From a virus, in the IMG/VR virus record IMGVR_UViG_3300034095_000254: a stretch of DNA of 64,000 nt, one strand, 5' to 3'. Position 1 is the first letter of the stretch. Each line of letters begins with the position of its first letter. The notes below the pieces were generated by a model. The model was not told the origin of the DNA and ran no database searches. It saw only the letters and a list, made by a program, of their open reading frames with translations. The translations under genes were made by a program, and so were the position numbers. Shown here in pieces: positions 29,762 to 38,232 of this stretch.

Positions 29762-31640
29762 TAATAAAGTTTTCGTAATATGTTCTTATCTGGTAGGTTT
29801 TATCGTACTTTGGAGAGATCGAATCTCTATATTTATCCAGTGAATCTTTAAACTGTTTAATAATATCATCTGGAACATCAAGTCCCAAGTCTTCACTAAC
29901 AGAACATAAAAACTCAATGTATTCTTGTTCAAATACATAAACGCAAGATTTGTATATGTAGGAAAAATCCACAGATATACCAGTGAAGGGTAAGTTAAAT
30001 TGTTTGTAATCTACAACTTCATTTCTATTGCCATCCATTAGATACTGCATCTGGTCGTTTAAGTTTTTCATTGCCAAAACATAATCGTTGGTAGATGGAG
30101 AAACTATCTTCTCATAAATCTTTCTAAAGATTAGCGAAGGTGTTTTTAACTTACCATTTTCCATATTATGTTTTACAATTAAGTCTGTAAATCCTATCAT
30201 GGAAACATTTTCAAGAATCCAATAATTCATGAAGAAAAATTCAGTAAAGTCTTTTCTTGTAAACCCATTTGCTTCTACCACAAACTCTACATCAGAAATA
30301 AAATTTGGATCAGCAGATATATGGTAATCACCAAAGGTATTGACATCATCGAATGCATAACTATTCATTCTTGATTTACCAATACAGATTTTTTCTGTTT
30401 TGATATTATGTTGTTTAATATAGCTGGGAGAGTAAGCAGGAGAGTCTGGTAAAAATAACCAAAGATATCTCTCTAAATTGTAACCATACTCATACTGAAT
30501 ATCAACCTCAGCATAAAAGTCGTCTCTGGTATATCCAGGTAATCCCATCATAAACTCAAAGTCAGAACGAATACCATATGTATCAAAAAGATACTGAGCA
30601 AACTCAAAATCTTTCTCACGAGGAATATCGGTTCGTTTGATATTCTTGAGGACTTCGTTATTTAAAGTTTGCAAACTAAGTTTGTATCGTTCAACTACTT
30701 TGGCTCTAGCAAGTGGCTCGATAGTTGCCCATCGTCTTTCTTGTTTAGACTTAGTCATACCATATATTTCTACATGGTTTGGTAAACCTGAGTATCCTTT
30801 AATTGTTTCAATATATTTGGAAACATCCTCATCTTCCAGATATATTCCGTAGTTTGCATCAAGGATTTGAATCTGCTCAATACCAATCTGTGGTATCCAA
30901 TCTAAATCTTCTTTGATCATATCCAAAGGTTTACGGATAACCTTACCACCGATCCCACCACCCCACTCGCAGAACACACATTGGTATGGGCAACCACGAG
31001 TCAACTCAATTGGCATAACCAGTGGGACATTTCTTTCCATGGCAATATTTTTACATTCAAACAGAATGTCTTCATTACCAGAAATTAAACTTGAGGGGAA
31101 GTCGAAGTCAATTTTATTTCTAGTTTTACCACGACCAGTTTTATAAACTGCAAAAGAAACTTCTTTCCAATTAATATCACCTTCTACAGATTGGTCAAGA
31201 ATGTCAGTAATAAACCACTCTCCATAACTTGTTGGTTCGCAGATAGCGTCTACAAATTTATGTTTAATAAACCAATCAAGATTATTGTAGGTGATATTAA
31301 GATGTGGTCCACCAAGTAGAATAATACGATTTGGATTTCGTTTCTTCAATTCTTTAGCCACAGCCATAATAGCCATATGACTCCAAAGATAACTGGAGAA
31401 TGCATAAATCTCTGAGTCTTGTTTATCGTAGTAATCTACAATTTGTTCAAATGACCACCCTTCTAAATTAAGGATTGGTTTTTCCCAAATAACTCTATCT
31501 GGATATTTACCATGTTTCGTGTAGTAGTTCTTAAAGTTCAACCAATTGATTGGCAACCTTTGAATTGGAACACGAAGGTCAATATTAAGAAACGAGATTC
31601 TTATGGATTTTTTGAGTTGCTTCAACATAATCTGTTTCAC
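29736..31640 (-). CDS. Cobalamin-binding-type radical SAM enzyme
   Basis: N-terminal AFSSYLWS...IILLGGPH (B12-binding-domain-like), ELTRGCPYQCVFCEWG (CxxxCxxC), DANYG and MMGLPG. Start uncertain. Confidence 0.85.
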   Translation of the reverse strand: MKQIMLKQLKKSIRISFLNIDLRVPIQRLPINWLNFKNYYTKHGKYPDRVIWEKPILNLEGWSFEQIVDYYDKQDSEIYAFSSYLWSHMAIMAVAKELKKRNPNRIILLGGPHLNITYNNLDWFIKHKFVDAICEPTSYGEWFITDILDQSVEGDINWKEVSFAVYKTGRGKTRNKIDFDFPSSLISGNEDILFECKNIAMERNVPLVMPIELTRGCPYQCVFCEWGGGIGGKVIRKPLDMIKEDLDWIPQIGIEQIQILDANYGIYLEDEDVSKYIETIKGYSGLPNHVEIYGMTKSKQERRWATIEPLARAKVVERYKLSLQTLNNEVLKNIKRTDIPREKDFEFAQYLFDTYGIRSDFEFMMGLPGYTRDDFYAEVDIQYEYGYNLERYLWLFLPDSPAYSPSYIKQHNIKTEKICIGKSRMNSYAFDDVNTFGDYHISADPNFISDVEFVVEANGFTRKDFTEFFFMNYWILENVSMIGFTDLIVKHNMENGKLKTPSLIFRKIYEKIVSPSTNDYVLAMKNLNDQMQYLMDGNRNEVVDYKQFNLPFTGISVDFSYIYKSCVYVFEQEYIEFLCSVSEDLGLDVPDDIIKQFKDSLDKYRDSISPKYDKTYQIRTYYENFINEKYRKVS

Positions 31641-32631
31641 TGTTTATTTTAATAATTCTTGGAGCCAACTGTTTCATATGAACACAGTGCTCTTCAACCA
31701 TATCATGGTGTTTTAAATCTTTAATTGTTTTCTTACACCCATTACAAATTGCAAACATTGGGCAACCAATACATTCATCCTTTAACGAATACAACTCTGG
31801 AGCATTTTGTAGTGGTGTAATAAAGCCACCTTCTTTAACTTCCTTTACAAAGTTAATAGGGTATTCTTTATCATCACCCATCGCTCCACAAGAATAGTAA
31901 TCACCCTCTGGATTTAACGCTCTGATATGATCATCGCAGTTTCTTGCCTGAGGACAAACATTGGCAATATTGTTCAGACGAGTCATCATCTGTTTAGTAT
32001 TAAATTCCCAATGCCAAAGATCTTTCTCGTATACTTCAATATACATCTCATATATTTTACTTAGGCGATATGGTTTGTCCTGTTCACCTGAAGCCATAGC
32101 ATAATTCAATTTACATTGAACATCCATTTTCTTGGCTAACTCTACATGTTTAATTGCATGCTTCTCATTCTCTTCAGAGATAACTGCAATAAAACCTGGA
32201 CGATAACCAATTTCTTTTAGGAATAAATCACTGACATTCCAAAAGTCTTTTTCAGTATAGACTCGGTTCTCGTTAATCTTACGACCAAATCCATATTGAA
32301 AACTTGTGGTGACTCCGACTCTTGGATGTTTGAACAAAGGTGTCCACATCTCTGGTTTCTTATAGAATGCCCAGAGATTAGTAGTTAACCCTATTGTTGT
32401 TTGGAGATTGTGTTCCTCAATATACTCCAGAATTGCAAAATAGTATTCTGGTTTTACCATCAATGGATCGCCACCATTGACGATAATTGTGTTTGTATTT
32501 GGGAATCTTTTTAGAAAGTCAAAAACATGCTGAAGGTTAAGTGTACTTGCTTTGTCTTCTACGAGTTTAGTCGATGAACAAAACGAACACTTAAAGTTAC
32601 ACAGTTCCGTGGGTTTGATTATAAGTTCCAT
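31585..32631 (-). CDS. Radical SAM / SPASM domain enzyme
   Basis: IKPTELCNFKCSFC and NGGDPL; C-terminal C...C...NPEGDYYSC...CIGCPMFAICNGC...C cysteine array. Confidence 0.9.
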   Translation of the reverse strand: MELIIKPTELCNFKCSFCSSTKLVEDKASTLNLQHVFDFLKRFPNTNTIIVNGGDPLMVKPEYYFAILEYIEEHNLQTTIGLTTNLWAFYKKPEMWTPLFKHPRVGVTTSFQYGFGRKINENRVYTEKDFWNVSDLFLKEIGYRPGFIAVISEENEKHAIKHVELAKKMDVQCKLNYAMASGEQDKPYRLSKIYEMYIEVYEKDLWHWEFNTKQMMTRLNNIANVCPQARNCDDHIRALNPEGDYYSCGAMGDDKEYPINFVKEVKEGGFITPLQNAPELYSLKDECIGCPMFAICNGCKKTIKDLKHHDMVEEHCVHMKQLAPRIIKINSETDYVEATQKIHKNLVS

Positions 32632-33583
32632 TTTTCACTTTATACTTATTAAGCCATGCTGTATTATTTTGGTTCTTTAGAATCGTGTTCCAGAAAATGG
32701 GATTAACGGAATCAAAGTTAGAGTAGTTCGGGAATAATAATTGAAATTGTATAGCAATCTCAGGATTTAGTAAACGAGTTCTAATAAACTCAGTCTTAGT
32801 CATGGTTAAAACAGGATCTAGAATATCTTGATATTCTTCACTATTATTAACTATTGTAAAAAAGTGTTTATGATAATCAAATCCAAATTTATCTTTAACT
32901 ATTGGTACAACAGTATTTGGTAGAAACTCATCAACTTTAAACTGATTAAGATATTGCTCTAGATAAGCATCACTAGTCAAATGTTCTATGGTAAACTCTG
33001 AATCAGACATAATAGCTGGAAGAGATTGTTCAGCATACTTTACCCAAAAGCCTGGAGAGCCATCGTACATTTCGTTTACACGATCCGTACAAAAATCTAA
33101 TGCTTCTTCGTCACCTCTAACTGAGTTTGCAAAAGCAATTTCAACTCTGGTATATGTTAGCGTAGATGAAAATGTAGATGCAGTATCAGTAGTCTTTAAA
33201 GTTTTTGGTAATTCAACAAACTCAACATCTCTATTTGTGAATGTTCCAATTCTGTAATTTTCTTTTATTCTATCAAATGAATATAACTCTTTAACTGCAG
33301 TAGTTTCTAAAACACCATTAAAGAAGTATGAGTAAACATACATAAAATTATTGGTATCACAATAAATTACAGTTTTTGTATTCGAGTGATCTTGATGAAT
33401 CTCATTAAATAGTTCGTCAAGTTTAGTATCATCGATCGTTTCATATGAATGTAAAATATCATATGTAAGATGAACCATGGAATCGCTGGATAGTTTTGGG
33501 TGTGAACCTATCCAAACTTGTTTGCTCTTTTCAAGAATACTATTTGTAGTTGATAGGTAACAGTTGTCGAATAGGTATATCAT
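32597..33583 (-). CDS. Hypothetical protein of the rSAM cluster (paralog A)
   Basis: 328-aa ORF overlapping both neighbours; MIYLFDNCYL and KTVIYCD. Confidence 0.7.
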   Translation of the reverse strand: MIYLFDNCYLSTTNSILEKSKQVWIGSHPKLSSDSMVHLTYDILHSYETIDDTKLDELFNEIHQDHSNTKTVIYCDTNNFMYVYSYFFNGVLETTAVKELYSFDRIKENYRIGTFTNRDVEFVELPKTLKTTDTASTFSSTLTYTRVEIAFANSVRGDEEALDFCTDRVNEMYDGSPGFWVKYAEQSLPAIMSDSEFTIEHLTSDAYLEQYLNQFKVDEFLPNTVVPIVKDKFGFDYHKHFFTIVNNSEEYQDILDPVLTMTKTEFIRTRLLNPEIAIQFQLLFPNYSNFDSVNPIFWNTILKNQNNTAWLNKYKVKNGTYNQTHGTV

Positions 33584-34461
33584 GCTATTAAACCCAAATT
33601 TGTAATTTTTGATTGTGGTAATTTAAGTAGCCATCTAAGCAACCAAGTGTCTACTTTATCACTGGATAGTAGTAATAAAAATTTTGGATCATTTATTAAT
33701 TCTTCAGTAACACCATTTTCAAAGAACTGCACAATTAAAGAATCTGTAAATATTGATCTATCTTTTCTCATTTCCATGTATAAATCTTTCATGGAAATAA
33801 CTGTTCTAAATTCTTGGTTAAATGGATCTGTTGCCCAACCATCTTCTTTTCTAGATAGGTAACATTGTCTTGCATCACCAAAAAATGAATATACATAACG
33901 ATTAATAAGTGATGTTAAAATACCATCATAGTTATTCGGAACACCACATTTTCTGTTGGCTATCTTCCATTCAATTCCTGCATTTTCCCAACTCCAATAC
34001 TCAGACATTGGAAATTTACCAACAGAAGCTGATGAGGTTAAAGCAATAAACTTATCGCCAAGATCGCTAATAATTTGTTTGTTAGTAGAATCAATTAGTT
34101 TTGATTTTATCTTTAAACGAACACCAAACAGTTTTGCAAATTCAAGAAACAAAGATTCGTCAAAATTAAAAATATGAGATTTAATTTTTGCAGTAAAAAA
34201 CTTGACTAGTGTTTCATCGTCACAGTAGATTATAAACTTCTCTTTATTACTGCAGACTGGTTCGACTAGATTACTTTTAATGAAATCTTCATAGGTAGCG
34301 AATCTCCCGAAGCACTGCTTAACTGATACATTATTATAGTAAAAACTATTTTCGACTTGAGTACCTAGAATAGCATGTTTCTGCCCAACCACGATATAAT
34401 CAATAGAAGGATCAAACATTGCGTCTGGGTAGACATAACAGGAATTATAGAGATGTAACAT
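33580..34461 (-). CDS. Hypothetical protein of the rSAM cluster (paralog B)
   Basis: 293-aa ORF; MLHLYNSCYV and KFIIYCD. Confidence 0.7.
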   Translation of the reverse strand: MLHLYNSCYVYPDAMFDPSIDYIVVGQKHAILGTQVENSFYYNNVSVKQCFGRFATYEDFIKSNLVEPVCSNKEKFIIYCDDETLVKFFTAKIKSHIFNFDESLFLEFAKLFGVRLKIKSKLIDSTNKQIISDLGDKFIALTSSASVGKFPMSEYWSWENAGIEWKIANRKCGVPNNYDGILTSLINRYVYSFFGDARQCYLSRKEDGWATDPFNQEFRTVISMKDLYMEMRKDRSIFTDSLIVQFFENGVTEELINDPKFLLLLSSDKVDTWLLRWLLKLPQSKITNLGLIA

Positions 34462-35206
34462 TTGTCTCTTCGTAGATAGATTGAAATTGTTCAGTAGTCA
34501 ATGGTGTTTCTAACATAATTCTTAACAGCGGAAAAATAAAACAATTCGGGGATGTTATAAAGTTAATTAGAGTTTTACCTGAGTAAATCGGTCTATCAAA
34601 ATAGTGATCGAAATACTTTATGTTATCAAAAGATGGAACAGAACTGTAATAGTGGCAGTTGAATGTTATATTATCAAATAAATTTACAAATGTTTTTCCG
34701 ATGTCTTGTTTTTCAGTAACAACATTATTTGTAACAAAGTCACCGAGTTCTTCTTTGTATGCAGTTAGGTTTTTAATTGCATATAATAAAACACCATCTA
34801 ATATTTCAGACAACTGTTTAATTAAATCTGTGTTCTGTTCTACGAATTGTTTCACTTCATCGTTAGATAAAATACATTGTTCTAAAACTGCTTTATCATC
34901 TTCTGATTTATCAACTAAGGATAAATCATAATCTCGAAAATAAAACAAACATTTAATTACAGTTGCTTCTAATTGATTAATATGACAAGATGAGTTATGT
35001 TTAATAAACTCAGAAAGCAGTTCAGATTTTTCTTCAAAAGAAACCATAGACATATTAATATTTAAAGACTCATACTTTAAATTACTCAAATATGTAATAA
35101 AGTTTTTACCTTTAATTTTTGAATTATTATAGTCAATCTCAGGAGATTTAATATCTCCTGTTATAATACTTCTTAAAGTTTCAGAATCAAATGGTATAGT
35201 GTACAT
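34445..35206 (-). CDS. Hypothetical protein of the rSAM cluster
   Basis: Probable start MYTIPFD at 35206, overlapping the stop of the 171-aa gene (TAATG). Confidence 0.65.
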   Translation of the reverse strand: MYTIPFDSETLRSIITGDIKSPEIDYNNSKIKGKNFITYLSNLKYESLNINMSMVSFEEKSELLSEFIKHNSSCHINQLEATVIKCLFYFRDYDLSLVDKSEDDKAVLEQCILSNDEVKQFVEQNTDLIKQLSEILDGVLLYAIKNLTAYKEELGDFVTNNVVTEKQDIGKTFVNLFDNITFNCHYYSSVPSFDNIKYFDHYFDRPIYSGKTLINFITSPNCFIFPLLRIMLETPLTTEQFQSIYEETNVTSL

Positions 35207-35721
35207 TAAATACTTCCGTGGCAAGACCCATGACAATTACTATGGCAGTAAAATTCTTCAATTGTAACAGTATCTGTTCTATTATTATTAATTGCAGTTG
35301 ATAGAGCACTAACAAAATCATCTAAATCAGAAGCATCAATAATATTATCAGAAGCTGGTCCACCAGTCATATCTTTTTTATAACTATCTTGTAAATTAGT
35401 AATGTTTGTTTCGTTGTAATCTGTTCTTGCTCTAACATTACCTTGAATCTGATAATATTTTAATAATTTAACACTTCTAATTCTAGATAATAATACAGCA
35501 TATGCTCTAAAGTTTGTTGTAATGGTAGAAGCAGTAATATTGGTATCTGATATATCCGCTTCTAATGTTTGAGAATAACCACTAGCATTACCACCAGTAA
35601 TATCTGTTTGAAATGGTTGACTGTGAGTTCCCCACACAATACCAGTATTATATGTGCTCGACAACGCTGCCATTGAAGCAACGATGTTTGCTTTTGTTAT
35701 ACTATCGCCAGCTGTTGTCAT
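35206..35721 (-). CDS. 171-aa protein with C-terminal (CHxx)3 tail; candidate substrate of the rSAM/SPASM enzymes
   Basis: Thr/Ser/Asn-rich body like the virion proteins; ends EEFYCHSNCHGSCHGSI; all three Cys residues are in this tail. Confidence 0.75.
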   Translation of the reverse strand: MTTAGDSITKANIVASMAALSSTYNTGIVWGTHSQPFQTDITGGNASGYSQTLEADISDTNITASTITTNFRAYAVLLSRIRSVKLLKYYQIQGNVRARTDYNETNITNLQDSYKKDMTGGPASDNIIDASDLDDFVSALSTAINNNRTDTVTIEEFYCHSNCHGSCHGSI

Positions 35722-36781
35722 TCTTTAACCTTTGCATTAGTGTTTTCGGTGCTGCACAGATATCTCCTTGCCACTTTAATTGGTGACAATCGCTATTACA
35801 GATATCAAATACATCGCATGTATAGCAACGAGGGTCTCTTTCTATCTCGCATGTAATGTTATTTATTCTTCCTCTGGCGGAGAGTAGAGTTCTAATGGGC
35901 TGAGATATATCTCCAAAGCCATTACCAACTGCAGCATTTGGACATCCAGCCACAGTTCCATCGGCATTGATTGTGAAAATTTTCTGCTCACAATCTCTGC
36001 ATCTAACTCCACCATGTATCCCTTTAGTTATAGAGGAATACACACCCTCTAAGAGGACATCTTTATATTTAGGTTTTATTGTCTGATAGGTTTCATGCAT
36101 TCTAACGAACCAGTCATCTTGATCTTTATTTCTAGGAAAAATATGAGTGTTTTCCAGAGCCGAACCATCATGGGTTAGTCGTTCAAACTGTACCCAATTA
36201 ACACCCAGAGTATTGAGCCAGAGAACTAACTCTGTGGTATCCATTTCTAAGAGTTGTTTGTTTAGACTAATATTCAGTGTGATATTAAATCCAGCATCTA
36301 CTACAGTTTGTAGATTCTTTCGCCAGAGTTTTTCTTGTTTATCATTCTCAAAACGAATACCCTTATCCCATGAAGTGCAGAATCCATTCTTTAGAACAGT
36401 TCTGAAAAACTCCATGTGGTCTTCTGTTAGATTGAAGCAGAGATTAGTAGAACACGACCAGTTAAGATTTGGGAATAACTTAGATACTTTATCCCAAACA
36501 TAGTACATGTCATCTAGAGGAGCAAGGAATGGTTCTCCTCCATGAAATGTAATGTTCCCACCATTAAAAGTTGGGCATTCCTCGTGGAGTCGTTCAAACC
36601 ACTCTACAGTATTCTGGGGATTAAAGTATATCTTCTTGCCGTTGACACCATTAGTAAAACAGTGTTGGCAATTTAATTGGCAAGTCTCAGTGGTCTTAAG
36701 ATAGACCACTAAGTCTTTTGGGATTAGTATATCTGAAAGAGATACATTTGTCTTATGAAAGACGATTGGTTGAGATGTCAT
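35702..36781 (-). CDS. Radical SAM / SPASM domain enzyme
   Basis: YLKTTETCQLNCQHC and FHGGEPFL; C-terminal CRDC...INADGTVAGCP...CYTCDVFDICNSDC...C. Confidence 0.9.
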   Translation of the reverse strand: MTSQPIVFHKTNVSLSDILIPKDLVVYLKTTETCQLNCQHCFTNGVNGKKIYFNPQNTVEWFERLHEECPTFNGGNITFHGGEPFLAPLDDMYYVWDKVSKLFPNLNWSCSTNLCFNLTEDHMEFFRTVLKNGFCTSWDKGIRFENDKQEKLWRKNLQTVVDAGFNITLNISLNKQLLEMDTTELVLWLNTLGVNWVQFERLTHDGSALENTHIFPRNKDQDDWFVRMHETYQTIKPKYKDVLLEGVYSSITKGIHGGVRCRDCEQKIFTINADGTVAGCPNAAVGNGFGDISQPIRTLLSARGRINNITCEIERDPRCYTCDVFDICNSDCHQLKWQGDICAAPKTLMQRLKNDNSWR

Positions 36782-36787
36782 AAAGCA

Positions 36788-38002
36788 TTATAAAATCACA
36801 CATTCAACAAGTTTTACATTAGGATCTAAATTAGTTTCAAGAGCAATGGCAAAACTATTTGGATGATCTCCAGCAATGGCACGACCATCTTGATTTGCAA
36901 CAAGAGGTTGTCCTTTGTTGATCGGACCAGCAACTTTAACTGGAACACGACCACGAAGTGCCAATGCCTGTCCTTCTGCTTCATCATTCATAATAAATGC
37001 AGGTTTGGCAGAAACAACACCAAGAACTCTTTGAGCATATTTAAAAGAAGCAGTACCTTCTGCAGAAGAGTCTAACGATACTGTAATAACAGTTCCTGTT
37101 TCATATTCTTGATCAGTTGTATATTTTTCTGCCAAGTCAGCGTAGCGAGCAGAAGTGCTCGTACCGTAAATAACAGCGAATCTATTCGCAGATTGTCCAA
37201 TGTCACCAGATCCGTTAGCACCTTGTTTAACAATGTAATCTACAGTTGGAGTTGAAGACATGTTAATAGTTGGGTTTCCAGAAACTCCATCTCCATTACT
37301 AATAGACATATTAAATCCAGCTGCAATACTTCTTGTTAGTGCTGTACCTGCAGAATCTTTAACAAAGAAGCCATGAGTAGTTACTGCAGCGAGTGCTGTT
37401 AGATTATTAGAGAATGGTTGAATGTCAGAACCAATAACTAAACCTAAGTTTGTTCTTGCTTGTGTTGTCGATGTAGCTGCAGTACCACCAGAGGCAATTG
37501 CCAATGCAGTCGTTAGAGTTACAGATCCGCCAGTAATAGTAACATTATTTGCAGCTTGCGTAGCCATAGTTCCTAAACCGAGCGCAGTTCTAGCTGCAGA
37601 CTCAGTTGTAGCACCAGTACCACCATTATTAATTGCCACAACACCACTAACATTGGTTGCATTACCAGTAACAGTTCCAGTTAGGTTACCAGTAACATTA
37701 CCAGTAACAGCACCAACTAAATTGGCAGTAATAATATTTGCCGAAAAATTACCAGAAGATCTAATGACAACAGAATTTCCACTAGTATCATTGACACTAG
37801 TATTCAAACCATCCAGTAAGTCTGCATCTAAACCAGAACCTGTCCCATCAACTGTTTTAATTTTTGTAAGAACATCTGAAGCAGTATATGTAGCTGTTGC
37901 TAGTTTTGTTCCAACCTCAGTGTTCAAGTTATCAAAGTTAGCGTCTGCCTCTGCAATCGTTAGCGGACTGCCTTTTACACTGCGAAGTACGATTGTTGCC
38001 AT
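36788..38002 (-). CDS. Tail fibre with C-terminal autocleaving chaperone (peptidase G2/IMC-like)
   Basis: N-terminal KGSPLTIAEADANFDNLN; GNVTGNLTG repeats; C-terminal ARYADLAEKY...GVVS.KPAF.MN...ALRGRVPVKV. Confidence 0.78.
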   Translation of the reverse strand: MATIVLRSVKGSPLTIAEADANFDNLNTEVGTKLATATYTASDVLTKIKTVDGTGSGLDADLLDGLNTSVNDTSGNSVVIRSSGNFSANIITANLVGAVTGNVTGNLTGTVTGNATNVSGVVAINNGGTGATTESAARTALGLGTMATQAANNVTITGGSVTLTTALAIASGGTAATSTTQARTNLGLVIGSDIQPFSNNLTALAAVTTHGFFVKDSAGTALTRSIAAGFNMSISNGDGVSGNPTINMSSTPTVDYIVKQGANGSGDIGQSANRFAVIYGTSTSARYADLAEKYTTDQEYETGTVITVSLDSSAEGTASFKYAQRVLGVVSAKPAFIMNDEAEGQALALRGRVPVKVAGPINKGQPLVANQDGRAIAGDHPNSFAIALETNLDPNVKLVECVIL

Positions 38003-38232
38003 TATTGTTTACCCTTAATAAGCATTGCGAGCATCTCTTTTATCTCTGTTACATCTGACTCAATCTTTTCAATTTTATCAGCGTTTTGTTTAATTTGTTG
38101 ATTCAATTCTTTAGCTGCATTTCTTTTTTGCAAATAGTTTTCACGATCTGTTCTATTTGTATTTATCACTGCACCACTGGATAGATCTCTTATAAGACCA
38201 TCCTTGTTTTGTATTTTAACGAAACCTTCCAT
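38002..38232 (-). CDS. Small coiled-coil hypothetical protein
   Basis: LIRDLSSGAVINTN followed by a coiled coil; coupled to both neighbours. Confidence 0.7.
   Translation of the reverse strand: MEGFVKIQNKDGLIRDLSSGAVINTNRTDRENYLQKRNAAKELNQQIKQNADKIEKIESDVTEIKEMLAMLIKGKQ

Noticed and set aside
28354-36781. Reading the rSAM/oxygenase cluster as a DNA-modification or cofactor pathway (QueE, NrdG, MoaA, PqqE)
   Set aside because: No partner genes (queC/D, folE, dpdA, nrdD, pqq) are nearby, and it is embedded among late fibre genes next to a Cys/His-tailed protein. Disfavoured but not formally excluded.
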